Source of the DNA: Actinomycetota bacterium
Lineage (GTDB): Bacteria; Actinomycetota; Thermoleophilia; Gaiellales; Gaiellaceae
Reading direction: 5' to 3'
DNA length: 64,000 bases
Assembly: GCA_003152275.1 (NCBI GenBank)
Contig: PLZU01000021.1
Location: 5,125-69,124, forward strand
How positions within the stretch are numbered: position 1 is the first letter of the stretch; the number at the start of each line of letters is the position of its first letter. The notes beneath the pieces are model-generated. The model saw only the letters and a program-made list of their open reading frames with translations, was not told where the DNA came from and searched no databases. The translations under genes were made by a program, and so were the position numbers. Of the stretch, positions 33,061 through 43,200 are shown piece by piece.

Positions 33061-33867
33061 CGCGCGGCGCTCGGCGTGCCACCAGTTCAGCTCGGCGCCC
33101 CAGACGATCACGTTCGCCATCACGTACAACCAGATGAGGAGGAGGACCGGGCCGCCGAGCACGCGCAGCGTGGGGTTCACGCCGGCAAGTCGCACGAAGA
33201 TCGGAACGATCTGGAACGACGCCTCGAGCACAACCGCCGCCGTCGCGGCGCCCGGCAGCACATCGCGCACCGTTACCTCAGCGTTCGTCAGGAGCCGGTA
33301 CGCAGCGAGCACGAACGCGAACACACCCATGAGCGAGACGGCGACCGACAACACGTAGGCTGCGACGTAATTTCCGGCGAAGCCGGGTGCATAGCGCTTC
33401 ACGACCTCGACGCCGAGCGCGCCGATGACGAGGCTGATGAAGAGCGTCGCGATCGTCGCGAACATGACGACCGCCGCGATCCCCTTGCCCTTGAGGAAGG
33501 CGCGGTTCGGACGCCCGTAGACGATGTTGAACGCGGACTCGAGCGCGCTGAACAACGAAAGGGACGACCACAGGAGCGCGACGCCGCCGATGATCCCGAG
33601 CGTCGCGGCGTTGTCCTGGACTCGGTGGACGAGCGTGAGGATGCTCTTCAGCGAAGTCGTCGGGAACGCGCGGCTGAGCTCCTTCACGAGGAAGTCCGAC
33701 GCGTCGGCGCGGTGGACGAGGCCGAGCAAGGCGAGCGACAGGAAAACGAGCGGTACGAAGGAGAGGAGCGCGAAATAGGCGACCATCGCCGCGAGGTGGG
33801 TGCCGCGGTCGGCGAAGAACTTCGCGGCGAGGGCTCGTTTGCGCAGGCGCACGGGCGCAGTTTGCAT
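33025..33867 (-). CDS. YihY/BrkB family membrane protein
   Basis: FFADRGTHLAAMVAYFALLSFVPL... and ESAFNIVYG are typical of the YihY family. Confidence 0.85.
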   Translation of the reverse strand: MQTAPVRLRKRALAAKFFADRGTHLAAMVAYFALLSFVPLVFLSLALLGLVHRADASDFLVKELSRAFPTTSLKSILTLVHRVQDNAATLGIIGGVALLWSSLSLFSALESAFNIVYGRPNRAFLKGKGIAAVVMFATIATLFISLVIGALGVEVVKRYAPGFAGNYVAAYVLSVAVSLMGVFAFVLAAYRLLTNAEVTVRDVLPGAATAAVVLEASFQIVPIFVRLAGVNPTLRVLGGPVLLLIWLYVMANVIVWGAELNWWHAERRALRGPAPVDGLA

Positions 33868-34035
33868 CCTTGGAACTCGGCCCGGGGTGTCGCTCGTCGA
33901 CTGGGCGCGATGGGCGAGTCCGAGGCAAGGACGCAGGGAGCGTTCATGGCAGCGCCATGGGCGCGACCGAGGACGCGGCCGCGGGCCGCACAGCGCGCCC
34001 AGACGGCACAGCTGTCACTCCCGGCCGAGTTCCAT

Positions 34036-34041
34036 TAGCGT
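34036..34041 (+). promoter_or_regulatory. -10-like TAGCGT, 8 nt upstream of Roadblock ATG 34050
   Basis: TANNNT consensus. Confidence 0.4.
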
Positions 34042-34049
34042 GGGACACC

Positions 34050-34436
34050 ATGGATGCAGCCCAGGCCCTTGCTGATCTGACCGAGATCTCGTCCCAGATC
34101 GAAGGGGCGGTGCTCTTCGACGAGGGCGGCGCGGTGCTGGGCTCGACGCTCGGAAGCGACGAGGCCGCCCAGGGCGTCGCTAAGGCCGCGGCCCAGCTGC
34201 TGGAGGGCGCGGGCGGGTTCCGCTCCGAGGGATCGATCACCCAGCTCGAGGCCTCGACGGCCGACGGAAGCGTGTTCGTCGTGCGCGATGGCGCTCGGCG
34301 GATCGCTGCGACGACGGGGCCGGCGCCAACGGTCGGGCTCGTCTTCTACGACCTGAAGAGCTGCCTGCGCAACGCCACGGCAGAGCCGCCGAAGCCGAAG
34401 CGACCGCGTCGAACAAAGCCGGACGATGAAGCGTAA
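34050..34436 (+). CDS. Roadblock/LC7 domain protein
   Basis: ALADLTEISSQIEGAVLFDEGGAVLGST...GSVFVVRDGARRIAATT is the Roadblock/MglB-like pattern. Start trimmed to ATG 34050 (TAGCGT 8 nt upstream). Confidence 0.7.
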   Translation: MDAAQALADLTEISSQIEGAVLFDEGGAVLGSTLGSDEAAQGVAKAAAQLLEGAGGFRSEGSITQLEASTADGSVFVVRDGARRIAATTGPAPTVGLVFYDLKSCLRNATAEPPKPKRPRRTKPDDEA

Positions 34437-34632
34437 GTTCCTCGCCGTCGTCGGCTTCGCCACGGGGATCTTTGCCGGCAGCGTGATCTTCCGGCGCTCG
34501 TTCGCGAAGCCGCGCGACCGCGTCGACATCTACTTCGACGACGGTTCGATGGTCTCGTTTGTCGATGGCTCGCCCGAGGCGGAGGAGCTTCTGCCCGTCG
34601 CCGGCAACGTGCTCGCCGCCGCACGGCGATGA
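34426..34632 (+). CDS. small single-pass membrane protein (68 aa)
   Basis: High third-position GC. One TM helix (FLAVVGFATGIFAGSVIF). Overlaps the Roadblock stop by 11 nt, with an ATGA overlap into pyrE. Confidence 0.5.
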   Translation: MKRKFLAVVGFATGIFAGSVIFRRSFAKPRDRVDIYFDDGSMVSFVDGSPEAEELLPVAGNVLAAARR

Positions 34633-35168
34633 ACGCAGCGGATCCGTTGGCCGCGGCGCTCGTGGAGCACGCGTATCTCGAGGGCGACTTTCTCCTGCGT
34701 TCTGGCAAGCGCTCGCGCTACTACCTGGACAAGTACCGCTTCGAGACGCGACCGGAGCTCCTGCGCCCGCTCGGCGAGCGGATCGCAGGGCTGGTGCGCG
34801 AGCACGCCTCCGACGCGACGCGCCTTGCCGCGCCCGAGCTCGGCGCGGTCGCGCTCGCCGCAGCGGCGTCGCTCGATTCCGGGCTGCCGTTTCTGATCGT
34901 GCGCAAAGAGGCGAAGGAGTACGGAACCGGAAACCGCCTCGAGGGCCCCTACGACGACGGCGAATGCGTCTGCCTCGTCGAGGACGTCGTCACCTCGGGC
35001 GGCGCACTGCTCGAGTCGATCGAGGCGCTGCGTGGAGTGGGTCTCGTCGTGCACACCGCGGTCTGCGTCGTCGACCGTGAAGAAGGGGGAGCCGACGCGC
35101 TGGCCCGCGTGGCTGTTCGGCTTCGGCCGGTGTTTCGTGTGGGCGAGTTGCTCGCGCACAGGAAATAG
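34629..35168 (+). CDS. pyrE: orotate phosphoribosyltransferase
   Basis: GDFLLRSGKRSRYYLD and the PRPP-binding loop VCLVEDVVTSGGA. Confidence 0.9.
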   Translation: MNAADPLAAALVEHAYLEGDFLLRSGKRSRYYLDKYRFETRPELLRPLGERIAGLVREHASDATRLAAPELGAVALAAAASLDSGLPFLIVRKEAKEYGTGNRLEGPYDDGECVCLVEDVVTSGGALLESIEALRGVGLVVHTAVCVVDREEGGADALARVAVRLRPVFRVGELLAHRK

Positions 35169-35227
35169 CCCTGTTAGGGTCGATCTCCAGTCCACGTGCA
35201 ATCGATCAAGGACAGGAGGAGAGGCGC

Positions 35228-35509
35228 GTGACCAAGCAGGAGTTCGTCGCTGAGGTGGCAAAGCGGAGCCAGCTCACCGGGCGCGATGCGGGGAAGGCTG
35301 TCGACGCATTTCTCGAAACGATCACCGACACCTTGCGCGGCGGCGGCGACGTGGCGTTCACAGGATTCGGAAAGTTCCAGACGCAGGAGCGCAAGGCGCG
35401 CATGGGCGTCAATCCACGCAACCCGACGGAGAAGGTGCACATACCCGCGGCACGCGTCCCGAAGTTCTCCGCGGGTAGCGCACTCAAGTCCGCCGTCAAG
35501 GGCGGCTAA
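35228..35509 (+). CDS. hup: HU family nucleoid-associated DNA-binding protein
   Basis: 93 aa. TKQEFVAEVA...GFGKFQTQERKARMGVNPRNPTEKVHIPAARVPKFSAG. AGGAGGAG Shine-Dalgarno upstream of the GTG. Confidence 0.92.
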   Translation: MTKQEFVAEVAKRSQLTGRDAGKAVDAFLETITDTLRGGGDVAFTGFGKFQTQERKARMGVNPRNPTEKVHIPAARVPKFSAGSALKSAVKGG

Positions 35510-35548
35510 GAACGTCCGACCGCAAGCGAAAGTACATTGGCCGGGACG

Positions 35549-36403
35549 ATGGCGACCGTGGCGGTAACACATTTCTCCGACCGGCTTGCCGACGCCGTCG
35601 AGCGCAAGAGCAGCCAGCTCGTCGTCGGCATCGACCCGGTGGTCGAGCAGATGCCCGCGGAGGTGGACGGCGACCTCTTCGCGTTCTGCTCCGGCATCGT
35701 CGACGCGATTGCGCCCCACGCGGTTGCGGTGAAGCCGCAGTCGGCGTTCTTCGAAGCGCACGGCGCCGACGGCGTGCGCGCGTTTGCGCAGGTATGTGAA
35801 TACGCGCGCGCGGCAGGCCTGATCGTGATCGCCGACGCGAAGCGCGGCGACATCGGTTCGACTGCCCGCGCGTACGCGGAAGCGTTCATCCCGCTGGCCG
35901 ACGCCGTCACGGTCAACCCGTATCTCGGCGGCGACTCCGTGGAACCGTTTCTCGAGGCGTGTCGCCGCGAGGGCGCCGGGATCTTTTGTCTCGTGAAGAC
36001 GTCGAATCCTGGTAGCGCGGACGTGCAGGACGTCGCGCTCGCGGACGGGCGCAAGCTTTGGCAGCACGTGGCCGGGCTCGTGCGCGATTGGGGGGAGGAG
36101 CTGATCGGCGACCGCGGCCTCTCGGCGGTCGGCGCGGTCGTCGGCGCGACGTTCCCACGCGAGGTCGCGGAGGCCCGAGAGCTGCTGCCGCGCTCGGTGC
36201 TGTTGCTGCCGGGGATCGGCGCGCAGGGCGGCACGCCGGCCGACGTCGCCGCGGCCTTCGCGGCCGGCCCGGCGAGCGCGCTCGTCTCCGCCTCGCGGTC
36301 GGTCATCTACGCCTACAGGGAAGGGGGCGGCGACTGGCAATCCGCCGCCGGTGCGGAGGCGAAACGCCTCGCGCGCGAGGTCTGGAGTGCCTCCGGCCGC
36401 TAG
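35549..36403 (+). CDS. pyrF: orotidine 5'-phosphate decarboxylase (type 2)
   Basis: LVVGIDP and ADAKRGDIGSTARAY motifs. Start ATG 35549 (TTG 35537 is an alternative). Confidence 0.88.
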   Translation: MATVAVTHFSDRLADAVERKSSQLVVGIDPVVEQMPAEVDGDLFAFCSGIVDAIAPHAVAVKPQSAFFEAHGADGVRAFAQVCEYARAAGLIVIADAKRGDIGSTARAYAEAFIPLADAVTVNPYLGGDSVEPFLEACRREGAGIFCLVKTSNPGSADVQDVALADGRKLWQHVAGLVRDWGEELIGDRGLSAVGAVVGATFPREVAEARELLPRSVLLLPGIGAQGGTPADVAAAFAAGPASALVSASRSVIYAYREGGGDWQSAAGAEAKRLAREVWSASGR

Positions 36404-36764
36404 GGCGCGCCGCCCCGGTAAAGGGGGCTCGTCGGCCGCGCGCTTTGCCGCGCCGGCGCTCTTTCTCCTCGCGGTGACGATCGCCGTGCTGCTGATCCGC
36501 TCCGGCCTCGGCGGCGGCTCGACCCCAGCGACGACGCGGAGCGGCCCCGTGACGCACGCGTCGACAGCAGCGACACCACCGCCCGGGACGACAAGGCAGG
36601 GCGCCACCACGACCACCTCCGGGCGGTTCTACACCGTCGCTGCCGGCGACACCTTCGGCTCGATCTCCGCGAAGACCGGCGTGCCCATCGCTCAGATCGA
36701 GCAGTTGAACCCGGGCGTCAGCTCGAACACGCTGCAGGTCGGGCAAAAGCTCCGCGTGAAGTAG
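36351..36764 (+). CDS. membrane-anchored LysM domain protein
   Basis: TM helix, Thr/Pro linker, then LysM YTVAAGDTFGSISAKTGVPIAQIEQLNPGVSSNTLQVGQKLRV. Start uncertain (36351 or GTG 36387). Confidence 0.7.
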   Translation: MRRRNASRARSGVPPAARARRPGKGGSSAARFAAPALFLLAVTIAVLLIRSGLGGGSTPATTRSGPVTHASTAATPPPGTTRQGATTTTSGRFYTVAAGDTFGSISAKTGVPIAQIEQLNPGVSSNTLQVGQKLRVK

Positions 36765-36776
36765 CGTTCCGCCCGC

Positions 36777-37895
36777 ATGTGCCGGCTGGTTCTCGTGACC
36801 GTCATCGCGCTCGTGTTCGCGGGTGCGGCACGAGCCGCAGTGCCGAGCCCGGACGCACGCGCGTTCATCGTCATGAACGCGGCTACCGGCGAGGTGCTCG
36901 CGTCCCACAACGCGTACGAGTCGATGCCGATCGCCAGCATCACGAAGCTGATGACGGTGCTCATCGCTCTGCAGCATCTGAAGCCGAGCGACGTCGTCAC
37001 GGTCACCGGCTACGCGGCACAGGTAGGCGAGTCCAGAATCCCGCTGCATACGGGCGAGCGCATCACGGTCCATGATCTACTCGCCGGCGCGCTCATTCAA
37101 AGTGCGAACAACGCCGCGGACACGCTCGCGTCGGCTGCATCCGGCGGCGACGTCCCGCGCTTCGTCGGCTGGATGAACGCACGTGCACGCGCACTCGGAT
37201 TGCGAGACACACATTTCGTCCGTCCCGACGGGTTGGACGCACCGGGACACGTGTCGAGCGCGCGCGACGTGGCTGTGCTCGCACAGGTGGCGATGCACTC
37301 GCCCATCGTGCGCGATCTCGTGCGTCAGCGCACAGACACGATCGAAGACGGGACGTTCGTCGTGCACACCTGGAACGACCTGCTCGGCGTCTTTCCGGGG
37401 CTGATCGGCGTCAAGACCGGTCATACGAACAACGCAGGCTGGTGCGAGGTCGCGGCTGCCCGGCGTTCGGGATACACGATCTATGCGGTGATCCTCGGCA
37501 GCCCGACGCGCGCGCAGCGCAACAGCGACCTGGACGATCTGCTCGCGTGGGGCGTCTCGCAATACCGCACGCTGCGGCTCGTGGACGCGCAGCCGTATGC
37601 GTGGGCGGCAGCGCCGTTCGGCCGGCCGGCGGTCGCCCTCGTCGTCCGCAAGCCGCTCGTGCGCGTCGTGCGGGTGGGACGGCCGGTCGTCGAAAAGATC
37701 GTCGCGCCGACCGCGGTCGCTCTCCCCGTCAAGCGGGGCGAGCGCCTTGGCCGGATCGAGGTCTGGGCCGGCGGAAAGCTGCTGGGAATGCGGCCGCTGC
37801 TTGCAGGACGCTCCGTTTCTCGGCCCGGTGTCGGAGGACGGCTACGGTGGTACTCGACCCGGACTGTGCACAACTTGCTCGCCCTTCTCCCGTGA
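36777..37895 (+). CDS. D-alanyl-D-alanine carboxypeptidase (S11, PBP5/DacB-like)
   Basis: Signal peptide, SxxK (ASITKLMT), SANN-like (QSANNAA) and KTG (VKTGHT) motifs. Confidence 0.85.
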   Translation: MCRLVLVTVIALVFAGAARAAVPSPDARAFIVMNAATGEVLASHNAYESMPIASITKLMTVLIALQHLKPSDVVTVTGYAAQVGESRIPLHTGERITVHDLLAGALIQSANNAADTLASAASGGDVPRFVGWMNARARALGLRDTHFVRPDGLDAPGHVSSARDVAVLAQVAMHSPIVRDLVRQRTDTIEDGTFVVHTWNDLLGVFPGLIGVKTGHTNNAGWCEVAAARRSGYTIYAVILGSPTRAQRNSDLDDLLAWGVSQYRTLRLVDAQPYAWAAAPFGRPAVALVVRKPLVRVVRVGRPVVEKIVAPTAVALPVKRGERLGRIEVWAGGKLLGMRPLLAGRSVSRPGVGGRLRWYSTRTVHNLLALLP

Positions 37896-38845
37896 TCGTC
37901 ACTGTCACCCTCAATGCGGCAGTCGATCGCACGCTCACGGTGCCGAACTTTCAGGCCGGACACCGCCATCGTGCGAGCGCGAGCCTCACTTCCGCCGGCG
38001 GGAAGGGCATCAACGTTGCACGCGCGTTGAAGCGCCTCGACTCGCCGGTGATCGCAACGGGCCTCGCAGGCGGGCGGACCGGCGACCGCATCATCGACGA
38101 GCTTGCGGCCGAGGCGATCCTGAATGACTTCGTGCGCATCTCGGACGAGTCGCGCACGTCGACTGCCCTTGTCGACCCGACCGCCGGCATGCTCAGCGAG
38201 GTCTACGAGTGGGGGCCGGCCGTGCGTCAGGACGAGCTCGAGACGCTGCTCGACAAGCTCCACTACCTCTCGCGTGTCGCGACGTACGTCGTCTTCTCCG
38301 GCTCGCTGCCGCGCGACGTCGCCGACGACTTCTACGCGGAAGCGATTCGCGACCTCAGCAAGCGCGGCGTGCAATGCGTGCTCGACACAGAAGGCGAGCC
38401 TCTCCGAATCGGCGTCGAGGCCGAGCCGTTCCTCGTCTCCCCGAATCAGCGGGAGGCGGAGAGCCTTGTCGGCCAGGAGTTCTCCGAGGACGAAGACTTT
38501 CTCGTCGCGCTCGACACGATCGCCGACCTGGGTGCGCATAACGTGTTGATCACGCAGGAGACGTCGTGCTTCGGCCTCTTCCGCGAGGAGCGGACCCTCC
38601 GCCGTTTTCGCGGCTCGATTCCGCGCGTCGAGCCGGTCGCGTCCGTCGGCGCGGGCGACGTGCTGCTCGCCGGCTTCCTCGCCGCCCGTTTCAACGGCCG
38701 CCCGTTCGACGAGGCGCTGCGCCAGGCGATCGGCTGTGCCGCCGCGTCGGTCGTCGAGCTCGGCCCAGGCCGCTTCGATCCGCGCGAGGCCCTTCGCCTT
38801 GCGTCGAGCGTGGAGCTCGAAGAGCTCCAGCCGATCTCTGCGTAG
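37892..38845 (+). CDS. 1-phosphofructokinase / PfkB-family hexose-phosphate kinase
   Basis: VTLNAAVDRT, GGKGINVA and C-terminal VGAGDVLLAGF motifs. GTG 37892 overlaps the carboxypeptidase stop (GTGA). Confidence 0.85.
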   Translation: MIVTVTLNAAVDRTLTVPNFQAGHRHRASASLTSAGGKGINVARALKRLDSPVIATGLAGGRTGDRIIDELAAEAILNDFVRISDESRTSTALVDPTAGMLSEVYEWGPAVRQDELETLLDKLHYLSRVATYVVFSGSLPRDVADDFYAEAIRDLSKRGVQCVLDTEGEPLRIGVEAEPFLVSPNQREAESLVGQEFSEDEDFLVALDTIADLGAHNVLITQETSCFGLFREERTLRRFRGSIPRVEPVASVGAGDVLLAGFLAARFNGRPFDEALRQAIGCAAASVVELGPGRFDPREALRLASSVELEELQPISA

Positions 38846-38851
38846 CTTTTC

Positions 38852-39964
38852 TTAGCCTCGGCCGTTGACGGAGAACGCGCGAATGCGCGCGCCGTGCTTC
38901 AGGTTCTCGGCCCAGGCGAGCCGGCTGCCCTCGATCGAGAGGCCGATCGGCGGCGCGGCGGCGGTGACGAGGGTCCTGACCCGGCCGGTGGCGATCTCGA
39001 CAGCTCGAATCGACCGGCCGACGTGGAACACGACGAGCTGGTCGCTGACAGTCAGGGCCGGGCTCGTCGCGATTGCGACCGGCACCGAGCCCGTCGGCGA
39101 GCCGGTGGCAGGGTCGTACCAGGCGAGCCGCAGCCCGAGCCGGGTCCGCTCGAGCGTCGCGAGCACGTGCGCCGAGAGCGCAATGGCGACTGGCGTTCCC
39201 TGCGGGCGGATGCTCGAGACCACGCGACCGTCTGCAACGTCGACGACTTTGATCGCAGCGTGGGTCCCTGCAACGGGCTTGCCGTGTTTCGTGATCGACC
39301 CGGTCTTGATGTAGGCGATCCTGCCGTCGGACGCTGCGACCGCGACCGCAGGGCTCGTGCCCTGTATGCGTTTCGGCGACTGCCGGCCGACGACGCGGTA
39401 CACGCCGCCGCCCGCGATCTTCATCGCGCACGAATCCGTGCCCGCGAGGCAACCGGCCTCATCCACGTAGTCGACCGAGGTGACGCCGTACGCGAGCGTC
39501 GCGCCGTTCCCGGCGAGGCCGCCGAACCAGAGGCCGGCGCCGCGGTCCGTGTGCGCGAGTTCCTGGAAACGGCGTTCGCGCTGGTCACCCGCTCCGGCGC
39601 CGACGACGTAGTCGAACTGGAGCGGCGAGCTCTCGTGCAGCGTCCAGAGGACGTCCGACGTTTTCCGTGCAACCGCGAGCGTTACAGGCGACGCGCCGAC
39701 GTTCCAGCGGCACGTGACGTTGTGCGCGTCGCCCTGCTTCGGCAGGTTGACCTTGAGGCCGTTATAGAGGGATCGCACGTGCGCGGCATTGCAGCCATTC
39801 GCCGACCGCGTGAACCAGGCGATCAGCCGACCGTCCTGCGCGAAGGCCGAGATCGTTCCGTTTACGGGGTACAGGGTCTCTGCGTGGGGGGCCGCACCGG
39901 CCGAGGAGACGGCTGCGGCCACGAGCGAGACCGCGGCTGCGAGCAGCACGCGCATCCCGATCAC
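38852..39964 (-). CDS. secreted hypothetical protein (370 aa, possibly beta-propeller-like)
   Basis: Signal peptide MIGMRVLLAAAVSLVAAAVSSAGA. GGAG lies 5 nt upstream of the GTG. No family recognised. Confidence 0.55.
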   Translation of the reverse strand: MIGMRVLLAAAVSLVAAAVSSAGAAPHAETLYPVNGTISAFAQDGRLIAWFTRSANGCNAAHVRSLYNGLKVNLPKQGDAHNVTCRWNVGASPVTLAVARKTSDVLWTLHESSPLQFDYVVGAGAGDQRERRFQELAHTDRGAGLWFGGLAGNGATLAYGVTSVDYVDEAGCLAGTDSCAMKIAGGGVYRVVGRQSPKRIQGTSPAVAVAASDGRIAYIKTGSITKHGKPVAGTHAAIKVVDVADGRVVSSIRPQGTPVAIALSAHVLATLERTRLGLRLAWYDPATGSPTGSVPVAIATSPALTVSDQLVVFHVGRSIRAVEIATGRVRTLVTAAAPPIGLSIEGSRLAWAENLKHGARIRAFSVNGRG

Positions 39965-39983
39965 GGTAGCTCCGCCAGGTTAG

Positions 39984-41552
<1,569 letters not shown>

Positions 41553-41565
41553 GCCGTCGAACGTT

Positions 41566-43116
41566 GTGCCGTTTCCGGCTGCAGAAGATAGGCCGGTACT
41601 GGTTATCGACTTGGGTGGTCAGTACTCGCAGCTGATCGCGCGTCGTGTGCGCGAGTGTCGCGTCTACTCCGAGCTCGTCGGCCACACGATCTCGCGGGAA
41701 GCGGTGCGTGCGCGCAACCCGTACGCGGTCATCTTGAGCGGCGGCCCCGCGTCCGTGTACGCGGAGGACGCGCCGCACGTCGACCCCGGCATCTTTGAGC
41801 TCGGCATCCCCACGCTCGGAATCTGTTACGGCATGCAGCTGATGGCGCTCGACCTTGGCGGCCGCGTCGACCGCACCGGCGTCTCGGAGTTCGGCAAGAC
41901 CGAGTTGCACGTCGAGGAGTCGACCCTGCTGAAGGACACGCCGAGCGAGCAGACCGTGTGGATGTCGCACCGCGATTCAGTCGTCGCGCCGCCCGAGGGT
42001 GCGCGTGTCGTCGCCGGTTCTGCTTCGACTCCCATTGCAGCGTTTGAGGCGCGTGACCGCGCGCTGTACGGCGTCCAGTTCCACCCCGAGGTCGTGCACA
42101 CACCGCACGGCATGGCCGTCCTGAAGAACTTCCTCTACGAGATCGCCGACGCGCCACCTGCGTGGACGCCGGCGGCCGTCATCGAGGAGCAGGTCGAGCG
42201 CATTCGCGCGCAGGTGGGAAGAGAGCGCGTGCTGTGCGCGCTGTCGGGCGGCGTCGACTCCGCTGTCGCTGCCGTGCTCGTGCACAAAGCCGTCGGCGAC
42301 CAGCTGACGTGCGTCTTCGTCGACCACGGCTTGCTGCGGAAGGACGAAGCGGCGCAGGTCGTCGAGACGTTCGGCGAGCATCTCGGCATCCCGCTCATTC
42401 ATGTGCAGGCGCAGGACCGGTTTGTCGAGCTGCTCGAAGGCGTCGAGGACCCGGAGCAGAAGCGCAAGATCATCGGCCGCGAGTTCATCCGCGTCTTCGA
42501 GGACGAAGCACGCAAGCTCGGAGACGCTCGCTGGCTCGTGCAGGGAACGCTCTACAGCGACGTGATCGAGTCCGGCGGCACGGAGGGCGTCGCTGCGACG
42601 ATCAAATCGCACCACAACGTCGGCGGGCTTCCCGACGACATGAAGATGAAGCTTGTGGAGCCGTTACGCATGCTGTTCAAGGACGAAGTGCGACGCGTCG
42701 GCGAGGAGCTCGGCATGGCGGAGCGGATGGTCTGGCGGCAGCCGTTCCCCGGTCCGGGCCTCGCGATCCGCATCATCGGAGCGGTCACCCGCGAGCGCCT
42801 CGAGATCCTGCGCACGGCCGACGCGATTCTCCAGGAGGAGGTGCGCCGGGCCGGTCTCTACCGCGACCTCTGGCAGTCCTTCGCCGTCCTCCCGGCGATC
42901 CGCTCGGTCGGCGTGCAGGGCGACGAGCGGACGTATGGCTATCCAATCGTGATTCGCGCCGTCACCTCGGACGACGCGATGACCGCCGATTGGGCCCGCC
43001 TTCCGTACGACCTGATCGAGATCATCTCGAGCCGCATCGTCAACGAGATCCCCGGCGTGAACCGCGTCGTGCTTGACGTCACGTCGAAGCCGCCGGCCAC
43101 GATCGAGTGGGAATAG
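41566..43116 (+). CDS. guaA: GMP synthase (glutamine-hydrolysing)
   Basis: GATase [11 protein letters not shown]-loop LSGGVDSAV and C-terminal dimerisation domain ending PPATIEWE. Confidence 0.95.
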   Translation: MPFPAAEDRPVLVIDLGGQYSQLIARRVRECRVYSELVGHTISREAVRARNPYAVILSGGPASVYAEDAPHVDPGIFELGIPTLGICYGMQLMALDLGGRVDRTGVSEFGKTELHVEESTLLKDTPSEQTVWMSHRDSVVAPPEGARVVAGSASTPIAAFEARDRALYGVQFHPEVVHTPHGMAVLKNFLYEIADAPPAWTPAAVIEEQVERIRAQVGRERVLCALSGGVDSAVAAVLVHKAVGDQLTCVFVDHGLLRKDEAAQVVETFGEHLGIPLIHVQAQDRFVELLEGVEDPEQKRKIIGREFIRVFEDEARKLGDARWLVQGTLYSDVIESGGTEGVAATIKSHHNVGGLPDDMKMKLVEPLRMLFKDEVRRVGEELGMAERMVWRQPFPGPGLAIRIIGAVTRERLEILRTADAILQEEVRRAGLYRDLWQSFAVLPAIRSVGVQGDERTYGYPIVIRAVTSDDAMTADWARLPYDLIEIISSRIVNEIPGVNRVVLDVTSKPPATIEWE

Positions 43117-43126
43117 AACGCGCCGG

Positions 43127-43156
43127 TTGACTAGCGGTTCAACGAGGGAGTAGCGT
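43127..43156 (+). promoter_or_regulatory. candidate sigma-70-type promoter TTGACT-18 nt-TAGCGT upstream of the secreted hydrolase gene
   Basis: Hexamers at 43127-43132 and 43151-43156. An about 40-nt leader with a GAAAGGGG Shine-Dalgarno precedes ATG 43201. Confidence 0.4.
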
Positions 43157-43200
43157 CGAGGAGCCCACCCGCGCCGCGGGGGGAAGAAAGGGGTTCTCCG

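Noticed and set aside
35174-36616. 480-aa minus-strand ORF
   Set aside because: It is antisense to the clearly real hup and pyrF genes, with junk composition.
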